A stretch of 64,000 nucleotides of DNA from the human T2T-CHM13v2.0 reference genome, Homo sapiens (GCF_009914755.1 NC_060945.1); one strand, 5' to 3'. Counted from the first letter of the stretch, positions 1-16,500 are shown. Made by a program: numbers and translations. The notes: generated by a model not told the origin, from the letters alone.

Positions 1-3000
1 TGTTAACTGATCACCCAGGTGTTGTAACCCTTGCCTAGGCTCTGCCTACAGGAGCTTTGTGACATATCTCTGCACTGATCACTTAGGTGATGTGACACTT
101 TTATAAGCAGTGCCTACAGGGAATTTTGACAAATCTCTGCACTGATCACTTAGGTGATGTAATTCTTGTCTACCCTCTGCCCAAAGGGGGCATTGTGAAA
201 TGTCTCTGCTCTGATCACCCAGGTGATTCAACTCCTGTCTAGGATCTGCCTACAGGAGAATTGTGAAATATCTCTGTACTGATCAACTAGGTGATGTAAC
301 TCTTGTCAAGGCTCTGCCTACAAGGGCGTTTTCACATATCCCTGAACTGATAACAAAGGTGATGTAACGCCTACAGGGGACATTGTGATATATAGCTGCA
401 CTGATAACCCAGGTGATGCAACTCTTCTCTATGCTCTGCCTACAGGGGACATTGTGTCATATCTCTGCACTGATCACCCAGGTGATGCAACTCTTCTCTA
501 TGCTCTGCCTACAGGGGACATTGTGACATATCTCTGCACTGATCGCTGAGATGATTTAAAACGTGTCTAGGCTTTGCCTACAGTGGGATTTATGACATTT
601 CTCTGCACTGGTCACCGATGTGATGTAACTCTTCTCTAGGCTCTGCTTAAAGGGGCTATTGTGAGATATCTCTGCACTGATCACCCAGGTGATGTAACTC
701 TTGTCTAGGCTATGCCTACAGGTGCATTTTCACATATCACTGCACTGATCACCGAGATTATGTAACTCTTGTAAAGGCTTTGCCAACAAGGGGCATTGAG
801 ACATGTCTCTGCACTGATTACCGAGGTGATGCAACTCTGGTCTGGTATCTGCCTACAGGGGGCATTGTGACATATCTTTGCCCGGAACACCCAGATGATG
901 TAACTCTTGTCTAGGCTCTACCTACAGGAGGCATTGTGACATATCTCCGCACTGATCACCCAGGTGATGTCATTTTATCAAGGATATGGCTACAGCGATA
1001 TTGTGACATCTCACTGCACTGATCACACAGGTGATGTAACATTATCTAGGCTCTGCCTACCGTGGCGTTTTGACATAGCTCTGCACAGATCACCTAGGTT
1101 ATGTAACTCTTGTCCACTCTCTGCCTACAGGGGGCATTGTGAAATATCTCTGCACGGATCACCCAGGTGATGGGACTCTTCTCTATACTCTGCCTAGAGG
1201 GGAATTTGTGACATATCTCTGCACTGATCAACCAGGTGATGGAAGTCTTGTCTAGGCTCTGTCTATGGGGACATTGTGTCAAATATCTGCACTGATCACC
1301 CAGGTAATGTAACTCTTTCCTAGACTCTGTCTACAGGGATTTTTGTGACATATCACTGCACTGATCACCTAGGTGATGTAAGCCTTGTATGAGCTTTGCC
1401 TACAGAAGGCTTTGTGACATATCTATGCACTGATCTCTGAGGTGATGCAACTCTTGTCTAGGCACTGCCTACATTGGACATTGGTACATATCTCTGCACT
1501 GATCACCCAGGTGATGGACTCTTGTCTTAGATCTGCCTACATGGACATAGTGACACATCTCTGAACTGATCAACCAAGTGATGAAACTATTGTCTAGGCT
1601 CTGCCTACAAGGGCTTTGTGACACATCTCTGCACTGATCACCCTGCTGATGTAAGTCTGGTCTAAGGTCTGCCTAAAGGGGCATTGTGACAGATCTCTGC
1701 ACTGATCACTCCGGTGATGTAACTATTGTCTAAGCTCTGCTTTAAGGGGCTTTGTCACATATCTCTGCACTGATAACCCAGGTGATGTAACACTTCTCTA
1801 CGCTCTGCTTACAGGGAGTATTGTGTCTTATCTCTGCACTGATCACCTAAGTGATATAACTATTGTGTAGGCTCTGCCTACAGGGGCATTTTGACATATC
1901 TCTGCACTGTTAACCGAGGTAATGTAACTCTTGTCTAGGCTGTGCCCACAGGGGGATTGAGACATATCTCTGCCCTGATCCCGAGGTGATCCAACTCTTG
2001 CCTGGTCTCTGCCTACTGGGGACATTGTGACTTATCTCTGCAATGATCTCCCAGGTGCTGTAACTATTGCCTAGGCTCTGGCTACACGGCATTGTGACAT
2101 ATCACTGCACTGATCACCCTGGTGATATAACACTTGTCTAGGCTCTGCCTACAAGGGGCTTGTGACATATCCCTGCAATGATCACCTACGTGATGTACCA
2201 ATTGTCAAGGCTCTGCCTACAGGGACATTGCGATGAATCTCTGCACTGATCACCTAGGTCATGGAACCCTTGTCTAGGTTCTGCATACAGTGGCATTGTG
2301 ACATATCTCTACACTGATCACCCAGGTGATGTAACTCTTTCCTAGGATCTGCCTACAGGATACTTTGTGACATATCCCTGCAATTTTCACCCAGATGATG
2401 TACCACTTTTCAAGGCTCTGGCTACAGGGACATTGCGATGTATCTCTGCACTGATCACCTAGGTCATGTAACTCTTGTCTAGTCTATGCCTACAATGGCA
2501 TTGTGACATATCTCTGCACTAATCATCCAAGTGATGTAACACTTGTCTAGGATCTGCCTAAAGGGACTTTGTGACATAATTCTGCACTGATCATCCAGGT
2601 GAGTGGGCTTTTGTCTAGGCTCTGCCTAAGGGGTCATTATGACATATTTCTGCACTGATCACCAAGGTGACGAACTGTTGTCTTGGATCTGCCTATGGGG
2701 TCATTGTGACATATCTCTGCACTGATCACCCAGGTGATGTAACTGTTGTATAAGCTCTGCCTACAGGGGAATTGTAAGAGATCTCGCCACTCATCACCCA
2801 AGTGATGTAACCATTTTCTAGGCTTTGCCTACAGGGGGCTTTGTGACATATCTTTGCACTGATCACCCAGGTGATGTAACTCATCTAAGTTCTGCCTACA
2901 GGAGCTTTGTGACATATCTCTGCACTGATCACTTAGGTGATGTAACACTTTTATAAGCACTGCCTACAGGGAATTTTGACAAATCTCTGCAGTGATCACC

Positions 3001-6000
3001 TAGGTGATGTAACTCTTTTCTAGAATCTGCCTACAGGGTGCTTTGTGACATATCCCTCCAATGATCATGCAGGTGATGTACCAGTTGTCAAAGCTCTGCC
3101 TACTGGGACATTGTGATGTATCTCTGCACTGATCACCTAGGTCATGTAACTCTTGTCTAGACTCTGCCTTCAGTGGCACTGTGACATATCTCTGCACAGA
3201 TCAGCAAGATGATTCAACTCTTCTCTAGGATCTGCCTACAGGGGGTATTGTGAAATATCACTGCACTGATCAACTAGGTGGTGTAACTCTTGTCTGGGCT
3301 CTGCCTACGGGGTCGTTTTTACATATCCCTGAACTGATGACAAAAGTGTTGTAACTCTTGCCTAGGATTTGCCTACAGGGGACATTATGACATATCTCTG
3401 CACTGATCACCCAGGTGATGCAACTCTTTTCTGTGCTCTGCCTACAGGGGACATTGTGACATATCTCTGCACTGATCACCCAGGTGATGCAACTCTTCTC
3501 TATGCTCTGCCTACAGGGGGCATATTGACATATCTCTGCACTGATCACCCAGGTGATGTAACTCTTTTTTAGTCTCTGCCTACAGAGGGCGTTGTGACAT
3601 GACTCTGCACGGATCACCAGGGTTATGGAACTCTTGTCTATGCTCTGCCTACGGAGGCATTGTGACTTATCTCTGCACTGATCACCCAGGAGATGTGACA
3701 CTTGTCCAAGCTCTGCCTAGAGGGACATTGGGACATATCTCTGCACTGATCGCTGAAGTGATGTAAAACTTGTCTAGACTTTGCCTACTGTGGGATTTAT
3801 GACATATCTCTGCACTGATCACCCAGGTGATGTAACTATTTTTTAGGCTCTACTTACAGGGGGTATGGTGAGATATCTCTGCACTGATCACCCAGGTGAT
3901 GTAACTGTTGCCTAGGCGCTGCCTACAGGGGCATTTTAACATATCACTGAATGGATCACCGAGATGATGTAACTCTTGTTTAGGCTTCGCGGTCACGGGA
4001 CATTGAGACATATCTCTGCACTGATCACCGAGGTGATGCAACTCTTTTCTGGGATGTGCTTACAGGGGGCATTGTGACATATCTCTGCCCTGATCCCCCA
4101 GGTTATGTCGCTTTTGTCAAGGATATGGCTACAGGGGCATGGTGACATGTCACTGCACTGATCACACAGCTGATGTAACACTTGTCTAGGCTCTGGCTAC
4201 AGGGGCCTTGTGACACATCTCTGCACTGATCACCCAGGTGATGTAACCATTGTCTAGGCTCTCCCAAATGGGGCATTGTGACATAACTCTGAACTGATCA
4301 CGCAGGTGATGGGACTCTTGTCTAGGCTCTGCCTACAGGGGCATTGTGACATATCTCTGCAGTGATCACGCAGGTGATGTAACTCTTGTCTATATCTGCC
4401 TACTGGCGGCATTGTGGCATATTTCTGCACTGATCACCCAGGTGATGGGCTCTTGTCTTGGATCTGCCTATGGGGTCATAGTGACATATCTCTGCACTGA
4501 TCACTCTTGTGATGTAACGCTTGCCTAAGCTGCGCCTAAAGGGGAATTGTGACAGATATCTCCACTGATCACCCAGGTGATGTAACAATTTTCTGGTATT
4601 TGTCTAGAGGGGGCTTTGTGACATATCTTTGCACTGATCACCCAGGAGATGTATCTCTTGTTTAGACTCTGCCTACAGGTGCTTTGTGACATATTTCTGT
4701 ACTGATCACCCAGGTGATGTAACTCTTCTCTAGGCTCCGCCTACAGGGGTTATTGTGACGTATCTCTGCACTGATCACCCAGGTGATGTAGTTCTTGTCT
4801 AGGCTCCACCTAAGGGGGTATTGTGACGTATCTCTGCACTTATCACCCAGGTGATGTAACATTTATCTAGGCTCTGCCTGCAGGGGCGTTTTGACATAGC
4901 TCTGCACTGATCACCTAGATTATGTAACTCTTGTCCACTCTCTGCCTACAGGGGGCATTGTGAAATATATCCGCATTGATCACCCAGGTGATGGGACTCT
5001 TCTCTATACTCTGCTTAGAGAGGCATATGTAACATATCTCTGCACTGCTCACCCAGGTGATGTAACTCTTGTGTAGGCTCTGCTTACAGGGGAATTGTGA
5101 GATATCCCTGCACTGATCACCCAGCTGATGTAACTCTGGTCTAAGCTCTGCCTAAAGGGGCATTGTGACAGACCTCTGCACTGATCACTCAGGTGATGTA
5201 ACTAATGTCTAGGCTTTGCTTAAAGGGGCCTTGTCACATATCTTTTGCCCTGTCACCCAGGCGATGTTACTCTTGTCTAGGCTCTGCTAACAGGGGGTAT
5301 TTTGACATATCTCTGAACTGATTACCTAAGTGATGTAACACTTGTGTAGGCTCTGTCTACAGGGGAATTTTGACATATCTCTGCACTGTTAACCAAGGTG
5401 ATGTAACTCTTGTCTAGGCTGTGCTCACAGGGGGATTGAGACATATCTCTGCACTGATCCCGAGGCGATCCTGGTCTCTGCCTACTGGGGATATTGTGAC
5501 ATATCTCTGCACTGATCTCCCAGGTGCTGTAACTTTAGTCCAGGCTCTGGTTACACGGCATTGTGACATATCACTGCACTGATCACCTAGGTGATATAAC
5601 TCTTTTCTGGGCTCTGCCTACAGGGGGCTTGTGACATATCTCTGCACAGATCACCCAGGTGATATAACTCTTCACTAGGATCTGCCTACAGGGTGCTTTG
5701 TGACATATCCCTGCAATTATCACTAATGTGATATACCACTTGTCAAGGCTCTGCCTACAGGGGCATTGTGATGTATCTCTGCACTGATCACCTAGGTCAT
5801 GTAACTCTTGTCTAGGCTCTGCCTACAATGGCATTGTGACATATCTCTGCACTGATCACCCAGGTGATGTAACTCTTGCCTAGGCTCCAACTACAGGGAT
5901 ATTGTGACGTATCTCTGCCCTGATCACCCAGGTGATATAACTCTTGTCTAGGCTCCACCTACAGGGGTATTGTGACATATCTCTGCACTGATCACCCAGG

Positions 6001-8149
6001 TGATGTAACATTTTTCTAGGCTCTGCCTACAAGGGCATTTTGACATAGCTCTTCACAGATCACCTAGGTTATGTAACTCTTTTACACTCTCTGCCTACAG
6101 GGGGCATTGAGAAATATCTCTGCACTGATCACACAGGTGATGGGACTCTTCTCTAGGCCCTGCCTACTGGGGGCATGTTCACATATTTGTGCCCTTATCA
6201 CTCAGATGACGGACTCTTGTCTGGGATTTGCCTATGGGGGCATTGTGACATATCTCTGCTCTGATCACCCAGGTGATGTAACTCTTTTCTAGTGTCTGCC
6301 TACAGAGGGCGTTGTGACATCACTCTGCACGGTTCACCTGGTTATGTAACTCTTCTATAGGCTCTGGCTATGAGGGCATTGTGACATAACTCTGCACTAA
6401 TCACCCACGAGATGTGACTGTTGTCTAAGCTCTGCCTAGAGGGACATTGGGACATATCTCTGCACTGATCGCTGAGGTGATGTAACACTTGTCAAGGCTT
6501 TGCCTACAGTGGGATTTATGACCTATATCTGCACTGATCACCCAGGTGATGTAAGTCTTTTATAGGCTCTGCCTACAGGGGCATTTTAACATATCACTGC
6601 ACTGATCACCAAGATGATGTAACTCTTGTATAGCCTTCGCTGACAGGCGTCATTGAGACATATCTCTGCACTGATCACCGAGGTGATGCAACTCTTGTCT
6701 GGGATCTGCTTACAGGGGGCATTGTGACATATCTCTGCCCTGATCACCCAGGTGATGTAACTCTTGTCTGGACTCTGCCTAATGGAGACATTGTGACATA
6801 TTTCCGCACTGATCACCCAGGTGTTGTCACTTTTGTCAAGGATATGGCTACAGGGACATTTTGACATGTCACTGCACTGATCACACAGCTGATGTAACTC
6901 TTGTCTAGGCTCTGGCTACAGGGAGCTTGTGACACATCTCTGCACTGATCACCCAGGTGATGTAACCCTTTTCTAGACTCTTCCAAAAGGGGACATTGTG
7001 ACATAACTCTGCACTGATAACCCAGGTGATGGGACTCTAGTCGAGGCTCTGCCTACAGGGTCATTGCGACATATCTCTGCAGTGATCACGCAGGTGATGT
7101 AACTCTTGTGTATATATGCCTACTGGAGGCATTGTGGCATATTTCTGCACTGATCACCCAGGTGATGGACTCTTGTCTTGGATCTGCCTATGGGGGCATA
7201 GTGACATATCTCTACACCGATCACTCATGTGATGTAACGTTTGTCTAAGCTGCGCCTAAAGGGGAATTGTGATAGATATCTCCACTGATCACCCAGGTCG
7301 TGTAACAATTTTCTAAGATTTGTCTACAGGGGTCTTTGCGAAATACCTTTGCACTGATCACCCAGGAGAAGTAACTCTTGTCTAGGCTCGGCCTACAGGG
7401 GCTTTGTGACATATTTCTGCACTGATCACCCAGGTGATGTAACTCTTCTTTAGGCTCTGCCTTCAGGGGCTTTGTGACATATCTCTGCACTGATCACCCA
7501 GGTGATGTAAGTCTTGTCTACGCTCCACCTACAGGGGGTATTTTGACATGTCTCTGCACTGATCACCCAGGTGATGTAACATTTATCTAGTCTCTGCCTA
7601 CAAGGGCGTTTTGACATACCTCTGCACAGATCACCTAGGTTATGTAACTCTTGTCCACTCTCTGCCTTCAGGGGGCATTGTGAAATATCTCTGCACTGAT
7701 CACCCAGGTGATGGGACTCTTCTCTATACTCTGCCTAGAGGAGGATTTGACATATCTCTGCACTGATCACCCCAGTGATGAAACACTTGTCTACACCCTC
7801 TCTACAGGAGGCTTTACGACTTATCCCTGCACTGACCACCAGGTGATGTAACACTTGTCTAGGGTCTGTCTACATGGGAATTTTCACATATCTCTACTCT
7901 GATCACCTAAGTGGTGTAACACTTTTCTAGGTTCAGTCTACTGGGGATTTCTGACATACCTATGCACTGATCACCGAGGTGATGTAAATCATTTCCAGGC
8001 TTTTTGTACAGGGGACATTGTGATATATCTCAACATTGATCCCCCAAATGGTGCAAATCTTCTCTAGGCTCCACAGGGAGGGGGCATTGTGACATATTTC
8101 TGAACTGATCATCCAGGAGATGTAACTATTCTCCAGGCTTTGAGTAAAC
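1..8149 (-). repeat. Beta (Sau3A, 68-bp) satellite block 1
   Basis: Tandem ~68-bp monomers CTGCACTGATCACCCAGGTGATGTAACTCTTGTCTAGGCTCTGCCTACAGGGGCATTGTGACATATCT with one GATC per monomer. Strand is given relative to the GATCAGTGCAGAGATATGTCACA orientation. Confidence 0.97.
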
Positions 8150-8851
8150 AGCGTCTGAAAGTGTTGGGAGAGCCTCAGCCAGAATTTCACGGAGGGACAA
8201 GGGCACAGAGAGGCCAGCCGGCTCCCTTGCACATCAGCCGGGGTGCCCAATGAATGCAGGTCTAGCCAGGAGGCTGGCAAAGAGAGCTAGATGTCTGCGT
8301 TCCACCACCAGGCGCTCCATGGTGGCAGCTGGGAGGCTGCAGGAGCACGGGCGGGCCAGCGATGGTGGCACAGAGGCGCAGAGGAGGCGAGCCACCCGAG
8401 AGGTGTTAGTCCTGGATTCTGCATGGGCTTGGTGTTTCACAAGACGGGGGTCTCCACCCAGCCCAGGGGAGGATGCATTTTCCAGTGGTGATGGGTCAGG
8501 GTGGGGAGGGGCTGGTCAGGCGTGGGTAGGGTGGTGGAAAGGCATGATGGCTCTGCCTAGGCTGCTCCCACAGCCAGGCGGCTGCCCGCAAACCCGCGCA
8601 TGCCCAGAAGGCGGCCCACCTGCTGGTACCTGGGCCGGGTCTTGGATCCCCCAGATGCCCAGGAAAGAATGGCAGTTCTTCACTGGGTGGAATCTCTCTC
8701 CGGGCCTAGACCTAGAAGGCTAGAATCCCAGGCCGGTCAGACCAGTGGAGGGGTCGGGGGGAAGACATGCCCCTCCATAGCCAGCCAGGTGTTCCCCACG
8801 AAAGAGAGGCCACCGCCCTGCCCCGACCCGACCCTGTGCCAACCCCGCGAC

Positions 8852-9935
<1,084 letters not shown>

Positions 9936-10541
9936 GGGACAGCCCGCCCCACCCCAGAAGTGTCCCAGGGCGACGAGGCCTGTGGCCGGGGGGTGGTGTG
10001 GTGGGGGGGGTGGGCGTGGTGATGGTGGTGGTGGGGCCGGAGAGACGAAGAGGAAGGGGGCGAGGGGGAAGCGGTGAGGGGGTTTCGTTTCGGGGGCTGG
10101 CTCTCCAGACTTCTCCAGGAATACCGCGGGAACTGGAAGCTGCTCTCTGGGCTCCCACGCGTCTTCAGCAGGGAGAAACCAGCCTGGAACGGTGGAGGGG
10201 AGTGTGGAACTGAACCTCCGTGGGAGTCTTGAGTGTTCCAGACCCTCTCTCCGTGAAGGAGGCAGTGCCTGTGGGTGTCGTCATTGCCGGGACAGTCTCA
10301 CACACGCAGGCATGTGGCTCTCATTCACTTCCACGTAGGAGACCAGAGCGAGACCACAGAGAGAAGATGCCTCCCCGGCCTGATGGCCTGATGATGGATT
10401 CCCGTGTGCGGCAACATGGGGAGTCTGCAGTGTGGTCGGTTTGGAAACTGGCAAGGACAGCGAAGGCACCATGCCGGTCTTCCACCCCTCCCTGCATGTT
10501 TCCGGGTGCCCGCACAGCTCTGGGAGCAAACAGTCAGCATG

Positions 10542-13500
10542 ACACATCTCTGAACTGATAAACAAAGTGACGTAGTGACGTAACGCTTGTCTAGGCTCTG
10601 CCTACAGGGGCTTTGTGACACATCTCTGCACTGATCATCCAGGTGATGGGACTTTTGTCTAGGCTCTGCCTATGTGGGCATTGTGACATATGTCTGCACT
10701 GATCACCCAGATGATAGGACTCTTGTCTAGGCTCTGTGTATGAGGGCTTTGTGACATATCTCTGCACTGATAACCCAGGTGATGTAACGCTTGACTAGTC
10801 ACTGCTTACGGGGCAAAGTGACATATCACTGCATTGATCACCGAGGTGATGTAACTCTTGTCCAGGCTCTGCCTATAGTGGCCTTGTGACATATCTCTGC
10901 ACTGATCATCTAGGTGATGTAACTCTTGCTTATGCTCTGCCTGCAGGAGCATTGTGAAATCTCTCTGCACCGATCACCCAGGTGATGGGACTGTTCTCTA
11001 GGCTCTGCCTACTGGGGGCATTGTCACATATTTCTGCACTGATCACCCAGGTGACGGACACTTGTCTTGGATTTGCCTATGGGGGCATTGTGATATATCT
11101 CTGCACTGATCACCCATGTGATTTAACTGTGGTCTAAGCTCTGCCAAAAGGGTCATAGTGACAGATCTCTGCACGGATCACTAAGGTGATGTAACTATTG
11201 TCTAGGCTCTGCTTAAAGGGGCCTTGTCACATATCTCTGCACTGATCACCCAGGTGATGTAACTCTGGTCTAGGCTCTTCTTAAAGGGGGTATTGTGACA
11301 TATCTCTGCTCTGATCACCTAAGTGATGTAACAATTGTGTAGGCTCTGTCTACAGGGGCCTTTTGACATATCTCTGCACTGTTAACCGAGGTGATGTAAC
11401 TCTTGTGTAGGCTGTGCCCACAGGGGGATTGAGAGATATCTCTGCATTGATCCCGAGGTGATCCAAATTTTGCCTGGTCTCTGCCTGCTGGGGACATTGT
11501 GACATATCTATGCACTGATCTCCCAGGTAACTTTAGTCTAGGCTCTGGAGACAAGGCATCGTGACATATCACTGCACTGATCACCCAGGCGATATAACTC
11601 TTGTCTAGGCTCTGCCTACAGGGCACTTTATAACATATCCCTGCAATAATCACCCAGGTGATGTACCACTTGTCAAGGCTCTGCCTACAGGGACTTTGCG
11701 ATGTATCTCTGCACTGATAACTAGGTCATGTAACTCTTGTCTAGGTTCTGCATACAGGGGCATTGTGACATATCTCTGTACTGATCATCCAAGTGATGTA
11801 ACTCTTGTCTAGGATCTGCATAAAGGGACTTTGTGACATAAGTCAGCACTGATAATCCAGGTGATGGGGGTTTTGTCTATGCTCTGCCTAAGGGGGCATT
11901 GTGACAGATTTCTGCACTGATCACCCAGGTGACGGACTCTTGTCTTGGATCTGCCTATGGTGGCATTGTGACATATCTCTGCACTGATCACCCAGGTGAT
12001 GTAACTGATGTATAACTCTGCCTACAGGGGAATTGTGAGAGATCTCGCCACTGATCACCCAAGTGATGTAAGTATTCTCTAGGCTTTCCCTACAGGGGGC
12101 TTTGTGACATACTTTTGCACTGATCACCCAGATGATGTATCTCATCTAACTTCTGCCTACTGGAGCTTTGTGACATATCTCTGCGCTGATCACTTAGGTG
12201 ATGTAACACTTTTATAAGCACTGCCTACAGGGAATTTTGACCAATCTGTGCTCTGTTCACCTTGGTGATGTAACTCTTGTCTATCCTCTGGCCAAAGGGC
12301 GCATTGTGAAATAACTCTGCACTGATCACCCAGGTGATTCAACTCTTGTCAAGGTTCTGCCTACAGGGGGTATTGTGAAATATCTCTGCACTGATCAACT
12401 AGGTGATGTAACTCTTGTCTAGGCTCTCCCTACGTAGGCGTTTTCACATATCCCTGAACTGATGACAAAGGTGACGTAACCCTTGCCTAGGCTTTGCCTA
12501 CAGGGGACATTGTGACATATCTCTGCACTAATCACCCAGGTGATGCAACTCTCCTCTATAATCCGCCTACAGGGGACATTGTGACATATCTCTGCACTGA
12601 TAACCCAGGTGATGTAACTCTTGTCTAAGCTCTGCTTACAAGGGGTATTGTGACATATCTCTGCACTGATCACGTGAGTGATGTAACACTTGTGTAGGCT
12701 CTGCCTACAGGGACATCTTGACATATATCTGCACCGTTAACCGAGGTGATGTAATTCCTGTCTAGGCTGTGCCCACAGGGGAATTGAGACATATCTCTGC
12801 ACTGATACCGAGGTGATCCAACTCTTGCCTGGTATCTTCCTACTAGGGACATTGTGACATATCTCTGCACTGATCTCCCAGTTGCTGTAACTTTAGTCTA
12901 GACTCCGGCTACACGGCATTGTGACATATCACTGCACTGATCTCCCAGGTGATATAACTCTTGTGTAGGCTCTGCCTACAGGGGACTTGTAACATCTCTG
13001 CACTGATCACCCAGGTGATATAACTTTTCTTTAGGATCTGCCTACAGGATGCTATGTGACATATCCCTGCAATGATCACCCAGGTGATATACCACTTGTC
13101 AAGGCTCTGCTTACAGGGGCATTGCGATGTATCTCTGCACTGATCACCTAGGTCATGTAACTCTTGTCTAGGCTCTGCCTACAGTGGCATTGTGACATAT
13201 CTCTGCACTGATCACCCAGGTGCTGTAACCCTTCTCTAGTATATGTCTAAAGGGACTTTGTGACATAACTCTGCACTGATCATCCAAATGATGGGGCCTT
13301 CGTCTAGGCTCTGCCGAAGGGGGCATTGTGACATATTTCTGCACTGATCACCCAGGTGACAGACTCTTGTCTTGGATCTGCCTATGGGGGCATCGTGGCA
13401 TATCTCTGCACTGATCACCCAGGGGATGTAACTGTTGTATAAGCTCTGCCTACAGGGGAATTGTGAGAGATCTCGCCACTGATCACCCGTGTGATCTAAC

Positions 13501-16500
13501 TATTGTCTAGGATTTGCCTACAGGGTGCTTTGTGACATACATTTGCACTGATAACCCAGTTGATGTAGCTCATCTAAGTTCTGCCTCCAGGAGCTTTGTG
13601 ACATAACTCTGCACTGATCACTTAGGTGATGTAACACTTTTATAAGCACTGCCTACAGGGAATTTTGACAAATCTCTGCACTGATCGCCTAGGTGATTTA
13701 CTCTTGTCTACCCTCTGCCCAAAGGGGGCATTGTGAGATATCTCTGCACTGATCACCCAGGTGATTCAACTCTTGTCTAGGATCTGCCTACAGGGGGTAT
13801 TGTGAAATATCTCTGCACTGATCAACTAGGTGATGTAACTCTTGTCTAGGCTCTGCCTACAGGGGCCTTTTCAAATATCCCTGAACTGATGACAAAGGTG
13901 ATGTAACTCTTGCCTAGGCTTTGCCTACAGGGGACATTGTGATATATCTCTGCACTGATCACCCCGTTGATGCAACTCTTCTCTATGCTCTGCCTACAGG
14001 GGACATTGTGACATATCTCTGCACTGTTCACCCAGGGGATGTAACTCTTTTCTAGTCTCTGGCCTACAGAGGGCGTTGTGACATCACTCTGCACGGATCA
14101 CCTGGGTTATGTAACTCTTGTCTAGGTTCTGCCTATGGGGGCATTGTGACTTATCTCTGCACTGATCACCCAGAAGATGTGACTCCTGTCTAAGCTCTGC
14201 CTAGAGGGACATTGGGACATATCTCTGCACTGATCACTGAGGTGATGTAAATCTTGTGTATGTTTTGCCTACTGTGGGAATTATGACATATCTCTGTACT
14301 GATCACCCTGGTGATGTAACTCTTGCCTATGCTCTGCTTACAGGGGGTATTGTGAGATATCTCTGCACTGATCACCCAGGTGATGTAACTCTTGTCTAGT
14401 CTCTGCCTACAGGGGCATTTTAACATATCTCGCCACTGATCACCGAGATGATGTAGCTCTTTTATAGGCTTAGCCAACAGGGGTGAATCAGACATATCTC
14501 TACACTGATCACCGAGGTGATTCAACTCTTGTCTGGGATCTGCTTACAGGAGGCATTGTGACATATCTCTGCCCTGATCACCCAGGTGATGTAACTCTTG
14601 TCTAGGCTCGGCCTACTTAAGACATTGTGACATATCTCCGCACTGATCACCCAGGTGATGTCACTTTTGTCAAGGATATGGCTACAGGGACATTGTGACA
14701 TGACACTGCACTGATCACACAGCTGATGTAACCCTTGTCTAGGCTCTGCCAAAAGGGGGCTTTGTGACATAACTCTGCACTGATCACCCAGGTGATTGGA
14801 CTCTTGACTAGGCTCTGCCTACAGGGGCATTGTGACATATCTCTGCAGTGATCACGCAGGTGATGCAACTCTTGTCTATATCTGCCTAATGGTGGCACTG
14901 TGGCATATTTCTGCACTGATCACCCAGGTGATGGACTCTAGTCTTGGATCTGCCTATGGGGGCATAGTGACATATCTCTGTACTGATAACTCATGTGATG
15001 TAACGCTTGTCTAAGTTGCGCCTAAAGGGGAATTGTCACAGATATCTCCATTGATCACCCAGGTGATGAAACAATTTTCTGGGATTTGTCTACAGGGGCT
15101 TTGTGACATATCTTTGCACTGATCACCCAGGAGATGTAACTCTTGGCTAGGCTCGGCCTACAGGGGCTTTGTGACATATTTCTGCACTGATCACCCAGGA
15201 GATGTAACTCTTGTTTAGGCTCTGCCTACAGGGTCTTTGTGACATATTTCTGTACTGATCACCCTGGTGATGTAATTCTTGTCTAGTTTCCACCTACAGG
15301 AGGTATTGTGACATATCTCTGCACTAATCACACAGGTGATGTAACACTTGTCTAGACTCTGCCTATTGGGGAGTTATCAAATATCCCTGATCTGATGAAA
15401 AAGGTGATGTAACTCCTCTCTAATCGCTGCCAACAGGGGCGTTTTCACATATCCCTGAACTGATGACAAAGGTCATGTAACTCTTGCCTAGGCTTTGCCT
15501 ACACGGGACATTGTGACATATGTCTGCACTGATCACCCAGGTGATGCATCTCTTCTCTATGCTCTTCCTACAGGGGACCTTGTGACATATCTCTGCACTG
15601 ATCACCCAGGTGATCTAACTATTTTCTAGTCTCTGCATACAGAGGGCGTTGTGACATCACTCTGCACGGATGACCCGTGTTATGTAACTCTTGTCTAGGG
15701 TCTGCCTATGGGGGCATTGTGACTTATCTCTGCACTGATCACCCAGGAGATGTGACTCTTGTCTAAGCTCTGCCTAGAGGGACATTGAGACATATCTCTG
15801 CACTGATCGCTGAGGTGATGTAAAACTTGTCTAGGCTTTGCCTACAGTGGGATTTATGACATATCTCTGCAGTGATCACCCAGGTGATGTAACTCTTGTC
15901 TAGGCTCTGCTTACAGGGTGTATTATGAGATATCTCTGCACTGATCACCCAGATGACGTAACTACTGTCTAGGCTCTGCCGACAGGGGTGTTTTCACATA
16001 TCACTGCACTGATCACCGAGATGATGTAACGCTTTTATAGGCTTCGCCGACCTGGGGCATTGAGACATATCTCTGCACTGATCACCGAGGTGATGCAACT
16101 TTTGTCTGGGATCTGCTTACAGGGGGCATTGTGACATATCTCTGCCCTGATCACACAGGGGATGTAACTCTTGTCTAGGCTCGGCCTACTAGAGACATTG
16201 TGACATATCTCCGCACTGATGACCCAGGTGTTGTGACTTTTGTCAAGGATATGGCTACAAGGACATTGTGACATGTCACTTCACTGATCAAACTGCTGAT
16301 GTAACACATGTCTAGGCTCTGGCTACAGGGTGCTTGCGACACATCTCTGCACTGATCACCCAGGTGATATAACCCATGTCTAGACTCTGCCAAAAGGGGG
16401 CATTGTGACATAAGTCTGCACTGATCACCCAGGTGATGGGACTCTTGTCTAGGCTCTGCTTACAGGGGCATTGTGGCATATCTCTGCAGTGATCACGCAG

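Noticed and set aside
1-8149. CRISPR-like array (regular palindromic repeats with apparently variable spacers)
   Set aside because: The whole 68-mer is homologous between units, so there are no unique spacers. There are no cas genes and the context is primate satellite.
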